Positions 17,641 through 26,975 of a stretch of 64,000 nucleotides of DNA are shown here, one piece after another (the stretch's first letter is position 1; the number at the start of each line of letters is the position of its first letter). Source of the stretch: Cenarchaeum sp. (GTDB taxonomy: Archaea > Thermoproteota > Nitrososphaeria > Nitrososphaerales > Nitrosopumilaceae); assembly GCA_965206845.1 (NCBI GenBank), contig OZ242221.1, positions 512,001-576,000 of the forward strand. The letters are read 5' to 3'. Below the pieces are notes generated by a model, which saw nothing but the letters and a program-made list of their open reading frames with translations, had not been told where the DNA came from and did no database searches. The translations under genes were made by a program, and so were the position numbers.

Positions 17641-18111
17641 TCATGGCTTGCGCGGCCACAGGCGCACGTGATCCTTGCTTACCTTCTGCAGCTCCACAAA
17701 GGTCTCCGTGTTCTGGATTCCGTTTATCCTGCCGATCTTCTCGATCACCACGTTGTGAAGCCGTTCCAGATCGTCCGCAAACACCATGACCATCATGTCA
17801 AACCGGCCGGTAACCTCCGAGACGGACAGTACCTCTGCAGTGTCCAGCAGCTCCCTGTGAATCTCGATCTTGAGCTTTGGATCGCGGTTGACTCCCACCA
17901 TTGCCCTGACTCCGATTCCCAGAAGCGAGTCGTCGATCTCTATGGTAAACCTCTTGATCAGGCCCTTCTTGGTCATCCTCTTGATCCGGCTGTAGATGAC
18001 AGACGGGTTGACATGTATCTTTTTGGAGAGAACCGGTACGGAGATCGAGCTGTCTGCCGAGAGCTCGTAGAGCAGCTGCATGTCCAGATCGTCAAAGCGG
18101 TGCATTGTCAA
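17641..18111 (-). CDS. Lrp/AsnC family transcriptional regulator
   Basis: N-terminal HTH (DDLDMQLL...RIKRM..GLIKRFT) and RAM domain (EVTGRFD). Confidence 0.92.
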   Translation of the reverse strand: MTMHRFDDLDMQLLYELSADSSISVPVLSKKIHVNPSVIYSRIKRMTKKGLIKRFTIEIDDSLLGIGVRAMVGVNRDPKLKIEIHRELLDTAEVLSVSEVTGRFDMMVMVFADDLERLHNVVIEKIGRINGIQNTETFVELQKVSKDHVRLWPRKP

Positions 18112-18274
18112 TAATAGATCACCGAATGTAATAAGTGTAGATATATTAGTGTATAACTGCGATGTGTCGTAAAAACTTGTGTCAAAGCAGACAATTAATG
18201 AAAAAATCTTCTACTACTCACCCCGCTGCCATCCCTAAACGATTTTAAATAGTCAAAAACGATGACCTGTCGTA

Positions 18275-18931
18275 ATGGTAAGTGAGGAAGAGCTGGGCTC
18301 GATGATAAAGGAGGCCAAGGGCTCAGGCAAGGAGCGCAAGTTTACCCAGTCCGTAGAGATCATCATGAACTTTAAGGATATTGACGTAAAGAAGGGGTTT
18401 CAGATAAACGAGACGGTCCAGCTCCCAAAGACCACGTCGCCTGCCCGGGTCTGCGTAATAGCGTCCGGCGACATGGGCATCAAGGCAAAGAGCGCCAGCG
18501 CCGACCGGGTGATAGACACGGACGAGCTCAGCACGTTTGCAGAGAACAAGAGGGCCGCACGCAAGTTTGTCAACCAGTATGACTTTTTCCTGGCGGACAC
18601 AAAGATGATGCCCACCGTGGGAAAGGTCCTGGGCCAGATTCTGGGACCGCGGGGGAAGATGCCCACGCCGGTTCCGTTCAATGCTCCCATCGAGGCATTT
18701 CTGGACAGGTTCAGATCGTCAATGCGCGTAAGGGTACGCGGATCACTGTCGCTCTCGTGCAAGATTGGCAACGAGACCATGGACGAGGCGGCCCTGACTG
18801 CAAACGCAATGGCGGTAATTGGCGCAGTGGAGAAGAAGCTTCCAAACGGTGACAAGAATATGAAGCGGATCATGATCAAGACGACCATGGGCGGCGCAGT
18901 AAAGCAGAAGATACAGACGAGGCGGAAATAG
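18275..18931 (+). CDS. rpl1: 50S ribosomal protein L1
   Basis: RKFTQSVE, LGPRGKMP, IKTTMG. Confidence 0.96.
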   Translation: MVSEEELGSMIKEAKGSGKERKFTQSVEIIMNFKDIDVKKGFQINETVQLPKTTSPARVCVIASGDMGIKAKSASADRVIDTDELSTFAENKRAARKFVNQYDFFLADTKMMPTVGKVLGQILGPRGKMPTPVPFNAPIEAFLDRFRSSMRVRVRGSLSLSCKIGNETMDEAALTANAMAVIGAVEKKLPNGDKNMKRIMIKTTMGGAVKQKIQTRRK

Positions 18932-19797
18932 TGCACCAGAACAGAAGCACGTACCCAGAAAGGAAGACCAGGATGCACCAGCAGCTGCAGGCGACTCGAG
19001 GCAGATACAAGGTTCTGGCCCTGGTAAAGATGGACAAGGTAAGATCGTCGCAGATCCTGCCGCTGAGAAAGAGAATGAAGGGCGAGGCGGAGCTTGTAAG
19101 CATCAAGAACCGCATTGCAAGAAAGGCGCTGGAGGGCGCCGGCACCGGCGGAATCAGGCAGTTTGTGGACAATCTCACAGGCCAGTGCATGCTGGTACTC
19201 ACAGACATGTCGCCGTTCAAGCTCAACATGCTGCTGACAAAGAACAGAATAATGCTGGCCGCCAGGGCAGGCGATACGGCCAGCGTGGATGTGGTGGTAA
19301 AGAAACAGAACACGGGCATTGCGCCGGGACCCATGCTGACCGAGTTCAAGGATGCAAAGATCCCCACAAGGATAGATCAGGGAACCATCTGGATTACAAA
19401 GGACACCATTCCGGTAAAGAAGGGCGATGTGATCTCAGAGCAGCTTGCGCCTCTTTTGACCAAGCTCAACATCAAGCCCGTGGAGGCCGGAATTGCCCTA
19501 GAGTACGCACTGGAGGACGACATGCTGTACGACAGGAGCGATCTAACGATCGACGTGGATGCGGTCCGCAACGAGCTTGCGCTGTGTCAGCAAAGGGCGC
19601 TAAACCTGGCGGTCGAGGCAGCCTATGTCACGCCTGAGAGCGTTGCAGCCGTGCTGGCAAAAGCGTCGCATGTGGCCAGAAGCCTGTCTGTAGAGTCCGG
19701 CCACATGACCGACGAGACGAAGGGCGAGGTACTGCAGAGGGCCCACCTGCGGGGCAGGGCGCTTGCAGGCAGCGCAAAAGGATACGCGCCGGCATAG
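18931..19797 (+). CDS. rplP0: 50S ribosomal protein L10/P0
   Basis: IKNRI, NTGIAPGP, IPTRIDQGTIWI; follows rpl1. Confidence 0.94.
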   Translation: MHQNRSTYPERKTRMHQQLQATRGRYKVLALVKMDKVRSSQILPLRKRMKGEAELVSIKNRIARKALEGAGTGGIRQFVDNLTGQCMLVLTDMSPFKLNMLLTKNRIMLAARAGDTASVDVVVKKQNTGIAPGPMLTEFKDAKIPTRIDQGTIWITKDTIPVKKGDVISEQLAPLLTKLNIKPVEAGIALEYALEDDMLYDRSDLTIDVDAVRNELALCQQRALNLAVEAAYVTPESVAAVLAKASHVARSLSVESGHMTDETKGEVLQRAHLRGRALAGSAKGYAPA

Positions 19798-19996
19798 CAT
19801 GTGCAGGGCCGGCAGGCCATCTTCTGATATAGGGCGGATTTTACTGTGCAGCTGGCGCGTAGTTGCGTATGAAGCCAAAGCCCCACTCACTTGCGCGCAG
19901 GCCTTTGCATCCAGACATGCCTTCGCGCCGAGTACGACAGATGGGTGCGTGCGCAGAGTCAGGATCTAGAGACGAAAAATTTCAGACGCGATGCGC

Positions 19997-20302
19997 TTAT
20001 CCGAAGAGTGACGAGAGTCCTTCCATTGCGGACTCTTCTGCCTTGGAGTCTGCCTTTGGTTCCTTTTCCGGGGCCGCTTCCTTTGCGCCGGCATCATCCT
20101 GCGCAGGGGCTGCCGCAGGTGCCGCAACCGGTGCTGCCTTGAGTGCCTCGTCGATGTTAACATCGGCCAGTGCTGCAACTAGTGATTTTACCTGGGTCTC
20201 GTTTACGTCTGCTCCCGAGGCCTTTACCACGTTGGTAATGTTCTCCTCGCTGACATCCTTCTGAAGTTTGTGAAGCATCAGGGCCGCGTATACATATTCC
20301 AT
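19997..20302 (-). CDS. rpl12: 50S ribosomal stalk protein L12/P1
   Basis: MEYVYAALMLH, Ala/Pro hinge, C-terminal EGLSSLFG. Confidence 0.97.
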   Translation of the reverse strand: MEYVYAALMLHKLQKDVSEENITNVVKASGADVNETQVKSLVAALADVNIDEALKAAPVAAPAAAPAQDDAGAKEAAPEKEPKADSKAEESAMEGLSSLFG

Positions 20303-20379
20303 TGTAGCAAATCCGCCCCATGAGTAATATAAAACTAAGGATCAGCATTTCACGCCCGATCCGTGCCAAAACGCGCACG

Positions 20380-20889
20380 TCAGTTCAGGATCTTCAGGCT
20401 CCTGCATACGGAGTAGAGGTTCCGCTTCAGGTTCCTATCAAGCAGCGTGTCCATCTTCTGTCGCAGCGTTCTCTTTGCCGCATCACGCTCGACCCCCTGC
20501 GGCAGGGACAGCACATTGTTTATCAGCTCCGGAAGATCCTCCCTGATCCATCCGTCCAGGTTCGAGTGGACCTTGGGCGGAATTATCTCTACCTTATCCT
20601 GTGACATGTCAAGCACCCCCGTAAAGCTGTCGTGTTCCACCCGGAATATCAGCGCATGTATGCAGTTCTCCGCGGTGGGGTTCTTCAGCACCTCCGCTGA
20701 GCGGACTCCGGCCTTGTCTTGGGCCACCTTGTTTTTGAGCCCCACGGGATCCACTACGACGCCATTTATGCCCATTCTGTCCCCGTCTACCCCGGTCACC
20801 ACGCCAAAGACAAACCTTGCGTACTGGCCGTCCGGTCGGGGGGCAAAGACATGGGAGCCCTCCGTCATGGCTGGTTTTTTGCCAAACAC
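20380..20889 (-). CDS. Hypothetical protein (start reassigned to GTG 20889)
   Basis: Open frame with ordinary globular composition; TTAAATA box about 25 nt upstream of the GTG; the longer ORF-track N-terminus overlaps the divergent gene. Confidence 0.7.
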   Translation of the reverse strand: MFGKKPAMTEGSHVFAPRPDGQYARFVFGVVTGVDGDRMGINGVVVDPVGLKNKVAQDKAGVRSAEVLKNPTAENCIHALIFRVEHDSFTGVLDMSQDKVEIIPPKVHSNLDGWIREDLPELINNVLSLPQGVERDAAKRTLRQKMDTLLDRNLKRNLYSVCRSLKILN

Positions 20890-21014
20890 GAGCTTGTTTT
20901 CCTTGGCGTACGTATTTAACTTGCGCCGATATTCGGCGGCTCCTGGTGCTGCAGGTGGCCAGGCGCCAGGTGCGTCCTTTAATTTTTTTATTCTACCGCG
21001 GCGCAAGGCAGGAC

Positions 21015-21320
21015 ATGGCGCGCCTCGGAACCGTGGGACTGCTCTTTTTGGCGGCACTGATACTCGTGTCTGCCCCGGCATCGGCGTACGGGTGGAAGTC
21101 GCTCATCTTTCACCTGCAGGAGGACTGCATCGTGGACTGCAACCAGTGGTATGGGAGTCTGGGATCCTCTTCCCCCGCAAATGTAATCATAGTAGTGGCC
21201 GGCATGTTTCTGTTCTACAGCATGGGCAGACTGAAAAAGTTTGAGACCATCGCCATGCGCTGCAGCAGCTGCGGCAGGTCAACCCACGGGCTCAAGTGCC
21301 CCCTCTGCAGCGCAGGCTAG
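21015..21320 (+). CDS. Small membrane protein with C-terminal Zn ribbon
   Basis: Signal peptide MARLGTVGLLFLAALILVSAPASA, one TM segment, CSSC...CPLC. Confidence 0.65.
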   Translation: MARLGTVGLLFLAALILVSAPASAYGWKSLIFHLQEDCIVDCNQWYGSLGSSSPANVIIVVAGMFLFYSMGRLKKFETIAMRCSSCGRSTHGLKCPLCSAG

Positions 21321-21469
21321 GCTCCGGCGCGCAAAGGCGCCTGCGGGTCGGGCGCGCGGACTCTTCCTGAAATGGGCGCATATTCTCAAGCAAGGGCGGA
21401 GCTGATCCCGTGCGGCCGCGATCCTAAAATGACATAAGTATCAGATGATGCCAGTATAGACGAGGTGGT

Positions 21470-22423
21470 TTGGTGGAGATAGTGATGGGCAGGGGACCTG
21501 TGCATATTCTTCGCGAGTCCCCGTTTTATGTCCACATACTAAAAAAGTACCTAGCCTACAAGCTGTTTGACAAGAGGAGCCCGATATACGGCTCTGCGGA
21601 CATCATCAACGTCTGCAACCTGCACTGCGAGCACTGCTACTGGTGGCTGAACAGGAAGGAGAACGACGAGTTGAGCCTGCAGGACTGGAAGAGGGTTATC
21701 GACGAGAAGTTCAAGAGGAACCACATCTTCATGGTCACCGTCGTGGGCGGCGAGCCGCTGATGCGAGGGGACGTGGTAGAGCTGTTTGCGGACGAGTTTC
21801 CAAAGCGTACCTGCGTGGTGACCAACGGGACATACCCGATTCCGCACCTCAAGAACATCTACTTTTACTGGGTGTCGATCGACGGGGACCAGAAGACCCA
21901 CAACGAGATACGGGGCGACGGGGCGTGGCAGAAGACCAGGAAGAACGTGCTGGACTATGTAAACGGCAAGAAGAACGCCAAAAAGGACATATGGATTTCG
22001 ATGACGGTGAACTCAAAGAACTACAAAACCATCCCCCAGGTGATCGAGGACTGGAAGGATCACTCCAACAAGATCGGCTTTCAGTTCCACACCCCGTTCA
22101 TGGAGGGGGATCCGCTCTGGCTTCCGTTTGGCAGAGAGCGCAACGAAGCAATCAACTACATTCTTGAAAGGCAGAGTGGAGATCTGAAGGACTATATCGT
22201 GAACCCCAAGCACAATCTGGAGATTATGAGGGCCAGTTGGGGCGGAAAGGGCACCACGCCGATCGACTGCCCCACATGGGCCATAATCTCCGTGGATCAT
22301 CGCGGAAGGGAGAAGATGCCGTGTTGCATCGGCAGTGCGGAGAAGGACGGAATGAAGCCGAACTGCGAAAAGTGCGGTGTCGGGTGCTACTCTGTCATGA
22401 TGGGCTATGGCCTCAAGGGGTAG
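21470..22423 (+). CDS. Radical SAM protein with Cys-rich C-terminal (SPASM/twitch-like) region
   Basis: CNLHCEHC, GGEPL, VTNG, VSIDG; C-terminal C..CC..CEKC...C. Confidence 0.92.
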   Translation: MVEIVMGRGPVHILRESPFYVHILKKYLAYKLFDKRSPIYGSADIINVCNLHCEHCYWWLNRKENDELSLQDWKRVIDEKFKRNHIFMVTVVGGEPLMRGDVVELFADEFPKRTCVVTNGTYPIPHLKNIYFYWVSIDGDQKTHNEIRGDGAWQKTRKNVLDYVNGKKNAKKDIWISMTVNSKNYKTIPQVIEDWKDHSNKIGFQFHTPFMEGDPLWLPFGRERNEAINYILERQSGDLKDYIVNPKHNLEIMRASWGGKGTTPIDCPTWAIISVDHRGREKMPCCIGSAEKDGMKPNCEKCGVGCYSVMMGYGLKG

Positions 22424-22471
22424 CCGGTGTGAATTGACGCACCGCAGCGGTTGCGCCTGCCGCGCGTGGCC

Positions 22472-22870
22472 CTAGCGCGCGGGCACGTCAAAGGCCATCT
22501 CGTTGCCGTATCTCCGACGGATGTCGTCATAAAGAGCCTTGCGCTCCGGATCCAGGTTCCCGCTCCCGTCATACATCTTTGTGAAAAAGCACGCCAGCAC
22601 ACGCGCCCCCTGCTCGTCAAAGAACTGCACGCTGAAGCTGGTTCGTCCGGGTTTCTGCTCCTCTACGAACTTGGCCTTCCGGATCAGGTCGGCGTTCACA
22701 TGCATATGACATGGTCCGTCATTGTCACCTATTGTTATCCACTTCTCTTTCTGTCTGATTCCCAGCGAGTTGCTGCGGATCTCGCTTACCGCTCCGTTGG
22801 ATCTGACGATCAGCAGGACGTTCTGCACACGTATGACATCTGACAGGACACTTTGTAGCACAGATGACAT
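22472..22870 (-). CDS. ChuX/HutX-like heme-binding/utilisation protein
   Basis: LLIV..GAVSE, HMHVN..I..A.FVE, SFSVQFFDEQG pattern resembles the ChuX/HutX family. Confidence 0.7.
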   Translation of the reverse strand: MSSVLQSVLSDVIRVQNVLLIVRSNGAVSEIRSNSLGIRQKEKWITIGDNDGPCHMHVNADLIRKAKFVEEQKPGRTSFSVQFFDEQGARVLACFFTKMYDGSGNLDPERKALYDDIRRRYGNEMAFDVPAR

Positions 22871-23069
22871 GCCAGACAGCGGCTATTAAAGCAGGCTGTG
22901 AGTCTTGCGCATCCGAATAAAAGGCGGAAGGTCTTGCCGCAGTCGGTGCGCCAGGACTTCACTTGCCGTGGCGCGGCACCCACATGCCGGCAGACGCCAT
23001 CCTAATGATGCCAAGGTCTCAGCATGCCGATCGCCGGGCATACTGATCCTGTGCTTCGATATGCCCGGG

Positions 23070-23219
23070 CTAGCCCCCGGTTGCCGCATCAAACAGGGCG
23101 CACTCGCACCTGTCGCGCTCGCCGCAGTACTGGCACTTGCAGTGGCAGTGAAGCAGCTGTATCTCGCACCGGTCGCAGCTGTCATACCCCTCTGCCCATA
23201 CAAGTGATCTGGCAGTCAT
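23070..23219 (-). CDS. 49-aa Cys-rich micro-protein
   Basis: MTARSLVWAEGYDSCDRCEIQLLHCHCKCQYCGERDRCECALFDAATGG*; ATG overlaps the upstream TGA (ATGA coupling). Confidence 0.75.
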   Translation of the reverse strand: MTARSLVWAEGYDSCDRCEIQLLHCHCKCQYCGERDRCECALFDAATGG

Positions 23220-23488
23220 GCCGCCTCCGGGCACCACTCTGCCGGCAACAGCGTCAGGGTGGATCTGACATGCAGCATGCTGCGGATCTTCCAGACTATG
23301 GTGCGCTTGAGTGACTCGGGGGTATCTGACTGCACACTAGCAACTATGTCGTACGCGCCGCTGACGCTCCGGACATCTGTCACGCCCTTCACATTCCTCA
23401 GGCTGTCAGAGACCTCCTCGCACTTGTACAGGTCGCAGTTTATGAGCACATGCGCCATGGGCCTTACCAGTATCTTCTGTGTTGACAT
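23216..23488 (-). CDS. Stand-alone Lrp/AsnC ligand-binding (RAM) domain protein
   Basis: AHVLINC, VSGAYDIV, IVWKIR..HVRSTLTL. Confidence 0.88.
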   Translation of the reverse strand: MSTQKILVRPMAHVLINCDLYKCEEVSDSLRNVKGVTDVRSVSGAYDIVASVQSDTPESLKRTIVWKIRSMLHVRSTLTLLPAEWCPEAA

Positions 23489-23614
23489 ATTATACTATAC
23501 AGTATCAGGTATTTTAAGAGGATCAGCTAATAGATATAAACATATAAGATATTTACGAAAAGAACCATACAAGTATTAAGATAATCAGCTGTTTAGGCAC
23601 ATCGTACAAGATGC

Positions 23615-23790
23615 CATAACGGCACGCAAAAGTTCGTGCAGTGTGTAAGCAGACCGTAAGACTTTGATACGCTCAAAAATCCACTTATGGAATCAAATCC
23701 TTCATGGAATACACTGTTTTTTTGACCAGTTGTGATCGATTCCAATAGGTGCTGGTCAATGTTCTGCACGAATTTACGATCGGCGCTATA
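23615..23790. mobile_element. Degenerate IS630-like MITE, same end family as 31416-31615
   Basis: Right end (reverse complement) TATAGCGCCGATCGTAAATTCGTGCAG nearly matches TATAGCGCCGATCGAAAGTTCCTGCAG at 31416; left end CATAACGGCACGCAAAAGTTCGTGCAG is eroded. Confidence 0.6.
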
Positions 23791-23943
23791 CGACGTCTCA
23801 GGGAGAGCCTCGTGGTGGTGTCACGCATGAAACCGCCGCATCGCCATACCTGCCCCGGCCATGGCAGGATTGCTGACGGTATCCCGGAACCATAGGTGAG
23901 TTCGGGCCAAACCGGCAGATGCACGGTTTTTATCATACTGCCC

Positions 23944-24045
23944 CTAGGTGCGCAGCCAGTGGCAGTCGCAGTTGCAGCCCTGCTGGCATCTGACCCTCCT
24001 GCAGTCAGAACACAGCTTGCTCCTCCAGAACGACGCGATGTTCAT
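23944..24045 (-). CDS. 33-aa Cys-rich metallothionein-like micro-protein
   Basis: MNIASFWRSKLCSDCRRVRCQQGCNCDCHWLRT*; TTTTATAC box about 20-28 nt upstream. Confidence 0.55.
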   Translation of the reverse strand: MNIASFWRSKLCSDCRRVRCQQGCNCDCHWLRT

Positions 24046-24206
24046 GCCATACATCCATTATTTTGTATAAAAGCCTGCAATGAGCAGGGTGGCCCATGTA
24101 AGGATCCAGGGAATGCGGCCGTTCCGGCGGCGCACCAAGGTATTGCCTGCCGCCCCATATCTGCAATTAGGAATTTCTTAATATCCGAAGATCCGAGAGT
24201 CCTGCA

Positions 24207-26975
24207 ATGAGAAAATCCGATATTCTCAGGGAGTTCTCCGCGGATCCGGACAGGTACTACAGGGTGAATCTCTTTGAGGAGCAAGGGTTTGAACGGAAGA
24301 GGTGCAAAAGGTGCCGCAGGTACTTTTGGACGATGGATGCGTCACGCCGGTTCTGCCCTGACGACGCGCCGGACATCTACTCGTTCATAGGCCAGCCGCC
24401 CACCGCAAAGCGCTTTGACTACACAGAGGCTTGGAGGCAGGTCGAGTCGTTCTTTGTAAGAAACGGTCACACGTCCATAAGTAGGTATCCAGTGGTGTGC
24501 CGCTGGCGCGACGATCTCTTCTTCACCATAGCCAGCATAGTGGACTTTCAGAGGGTGATGGGCTCAAAGGTGGTCTTTGAGTTTCCCGCAAATCCGCTGG
24601 TGGTGCCGCAGACATGCCTGCGCTTTAAGGACCTGGAAAATGTGGGCGTTACCGGACGACACTTTTCCAGCTTTTGCATGATAGGTCAGTGCGCGGTTCC
24701 GGATCAGGACGGGTACTGGAAGGACCGGTGCGTGGAACTGGACTACCGGCTGGTAACAGAGCAATTCGGGATCCCCGGCGAGGAGGTCACGTTTGTCGAG
24801 GATGTCTGGGTAGGCGGCGGCTCGTTTGGATCCTCGCTGGAGTACTTTGTCCGCGGCCTGGAGCTGGGCAATGCCGTATTTACCGAGTTTCAGGGAGAGC
24901 TGGGAAAGCATACGACCTTGGACCAGAGGGTCATAGACATGGGCGCCGGCCTTGAGAGGCTGGCCTGGATCACCGCGGGCACGCCCACCGCGTATGACTG
25001 CTGCTTTGGACCTGTCATTGGCAGGCTGTTTGAGATGGCCGGCGTGGATCCCGAAGCGGGAGCTCCGGTAGCATACTTTACAGAGATCGCAAAGGCGCTG
25101 GACAGGCTCGACCCGCGGGATCTGCGGAGGCGTGCGGCATCTCGTGCTGGAATTGCGGAGGATCAGATAAGCCGGCTGGTCGTACCCAGAGAGGGCGCGT
25201 ACCTGATAGCGGATCACCTTCGAACCCTGATCTTTGCCATCGCCGACGGCGCCCTGCCAAGCAATGTTGGGGGCGGGTACAACCTGCGCATAATGCTGCG
25301 CCGCATAAGCGGAACCATAAACAAGCTGGGGATCAGGCCAGACATCCCGGAGCTGGTGGATCTGCACATCGACTACCTTATGAGGACGTACCCGGAGCTG
25401 GACGCCCGGAGGGACGACGTCAAGACGATCCTGGATATCGAGTCCAGGAGGTACGAAGAGTCAAAGTCCAGAATGGGCAGGATTGCGCACAGGATAAACA
25501 GGAAAGATCGGCCGCCTACCGTGGACGAGCTGATAACGCTCTACGAGTCGGACGGCATCACGCCGGACTACCTCATGGAGACGGGGGTCATCCAGGAGGT
25601 TCCTGCCACGTTCTATACCAGGCTGTCACAGCTGCACCAGGACAGAAGGGAGGGTGCTGCGGTGCATCTCCCACTGGAGGGGCTGGACGAGACTGCGGCA
25701 CTGTACTATGCAGACGATCCCGCCACATTCGATGCCATGGTGCTGCGGGTGATCGATGACATGGTGGTGCTGGATCGGACATCGTTCTATCCAAGGGGCG
25801 GGGGGCAGGAGCCGGACCACGGGAAGATAGACGGCTTTGCGGTAGCCGATGTACAAAAGCACGCAGGCATCATACTTCACAGGCTGGAGGGGGGCGTGCC
25901 CCGGGAGGGCAAAACGGTTTCGTGCAGCGTTGACCAGAAGAGGAGAGCGGGCATCACAAAACACCACACCGGCACCCACATCCTGAACGCATCGTCCCGG
26001 AAGGTCCTGGGTTCCTGGGTCTGGCAGCACTCGGCTTTCAAGGAGGAGGATCATGCAAGACTGGACATTACGCACCACTCCTCGCTGACCGGCGAGCAGG
26101 TGCAGAGGATAGAGGATGAGGCAAACGCACTGGTAGGGGAGGACCTCCCGGTGACCGTGGAGAATCTTGATCGAGGATCCGCAGAGCAGAGGTACGGCTT
26201 TAGGATATACCAGGGCGGTGTCGTTCCCGTCAAATCGGTGAGGATAGTCTCGATCCAGGACCGCGACGTGGAGGCCTGCGGGGGTACCCATGTAAAGAGG
26301 ACAGGCGAGATCGACCTCATAAGGATCACAAGGACCAAGAGAATCCAGGACGGCGTTGTGCGCCTCGAGTTCGTATCTGGAGAGGCCGCAACAAAATACG
26401 TAGCAAGGGTGCACAAACAGGCAGCGCAGGACGCCGCAGAGGCCAAGAGCAGGGAGCGCGTACTCGCGGAGAGGGAGGAGCAGAGGAGCGTGGCCCGGCA
26501 GGACATACCGGTGCTACTAGCTGGAATATCTGCCAGTGCCGAACCGCAGGAGCCCGGCCAGTGCCGCGTCATACGCACAAGTAGCTCCCGTTTTACCATA
26601 GAGGAGTGCGGGAACCGGCGGGCCCACCGCACCGGCATAGAGCGGTGGCGCACCGGCACCGGGTGGTTCTACCGCACATCAGACCAGAGATACGGCGAGC
26701 GCTTTCACATAAAGATGGGCAGGGACCTGGTGAATGCAGAGCCTGGTTCGACATACTGCGGCCTGCTTGAGGCGGGTCCCACGGTCAGGATAATGGTATA
26801 TGCGGGGGAGCAGGTAAGCGCGGACCGGTCGGCGGCTGCCATCGCCGAGGCGGCATCGCTGGCCCTCGGCGGTTCCGGTGGCGGCAACGCCTCATTTGCG
26901 CAGGGCGGCGGAAGGAACACATCTAAAATAGAGGAAGCTCTGGACATAGCAAAATCAATGGCTGTTGGGATGTAG
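24207..26975 (+). CDS. alaS: Alanine--tRNA ligase
   Basis: RWRDDLFFTIASI, LELGNAVF, IDMGAGLER, HTGTH and EACGGTH editing motifs, GGSGGG C-Ala domain. Confidence 0.97.
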   Translation: MRKSDILREFSADPDRYYRVNLFEEQGFERKRCKRCRRYFWTMDASRRFCPDDAPDIYSFIGQPPTAKRFDYTEAWRQVESFFVRNGHTSISRYPVVCRWRDDLFFTIASIVDFQRVMGSKVVFEFPANPLVVPQTCLRFKDLENVGVTGRHFSSFCMIGQCAVPDQDGYWKDRCVELDYRLVTEQFGIPGEEVTFVEDVWVGGGSFGSSLEYFVRGLELGNAVFTEFQGELGKHTTLDQRVIDMGAGLERLAWITAGTPTAYDCCFGPVIGRLFEMAGVDPEAGAPVAYFTEIAKALDRLDPRDLRRRAASRAGIAEDQISRLVVPREGAYLIADHLRTLIFAIADGALPSNVGGGYNLRIMLRRISGTINKLGIRPDIPELVDLHIDYLMRTYPELDARRDDVKTILDIESRRYEESKSRMGRIAHRINRKDRPPTVDELITLYESDGITPDYLMETGVIQEVPATFYTRLSQLHQDRREGAAVHLPLEGLDETAALYYADDPATFDAMVLRVIDDMVVLDRTSFYPRGGGQEPDHGKIDGFAVADVQKHAGIILHRLEGGVPREGKTVSCSVDQKRRAGITKHHTGTHILNASSRKVLGSWVWQHSAFKEEDHARLDITHHSSLTGEQVQRIEDEANALVGEDLPVTVENLDRGSAEQRYGFRIYQGGVVPVKSVRIVSIQDRDVEACGGTHVKRTGEIDLIRITRTKRIQDGVVRLEFVSGEAATKYVARVHKQAAQDAAEAKSRERVLAEREEQRSVARQDIPVLLAGISASAEPQEPGQCRVIRTSSSRFTIEECGNRRAHRTGIERWRTGTGWFYRTSDQRYGERFHIKMGRDLVNAEPGSTYCGLLEAGPTVRIMVYAGEQVSADRSAAAIAEAASLALGGSGGGNASFAQGGGRNTSKIEEALDIAKSMAVGM

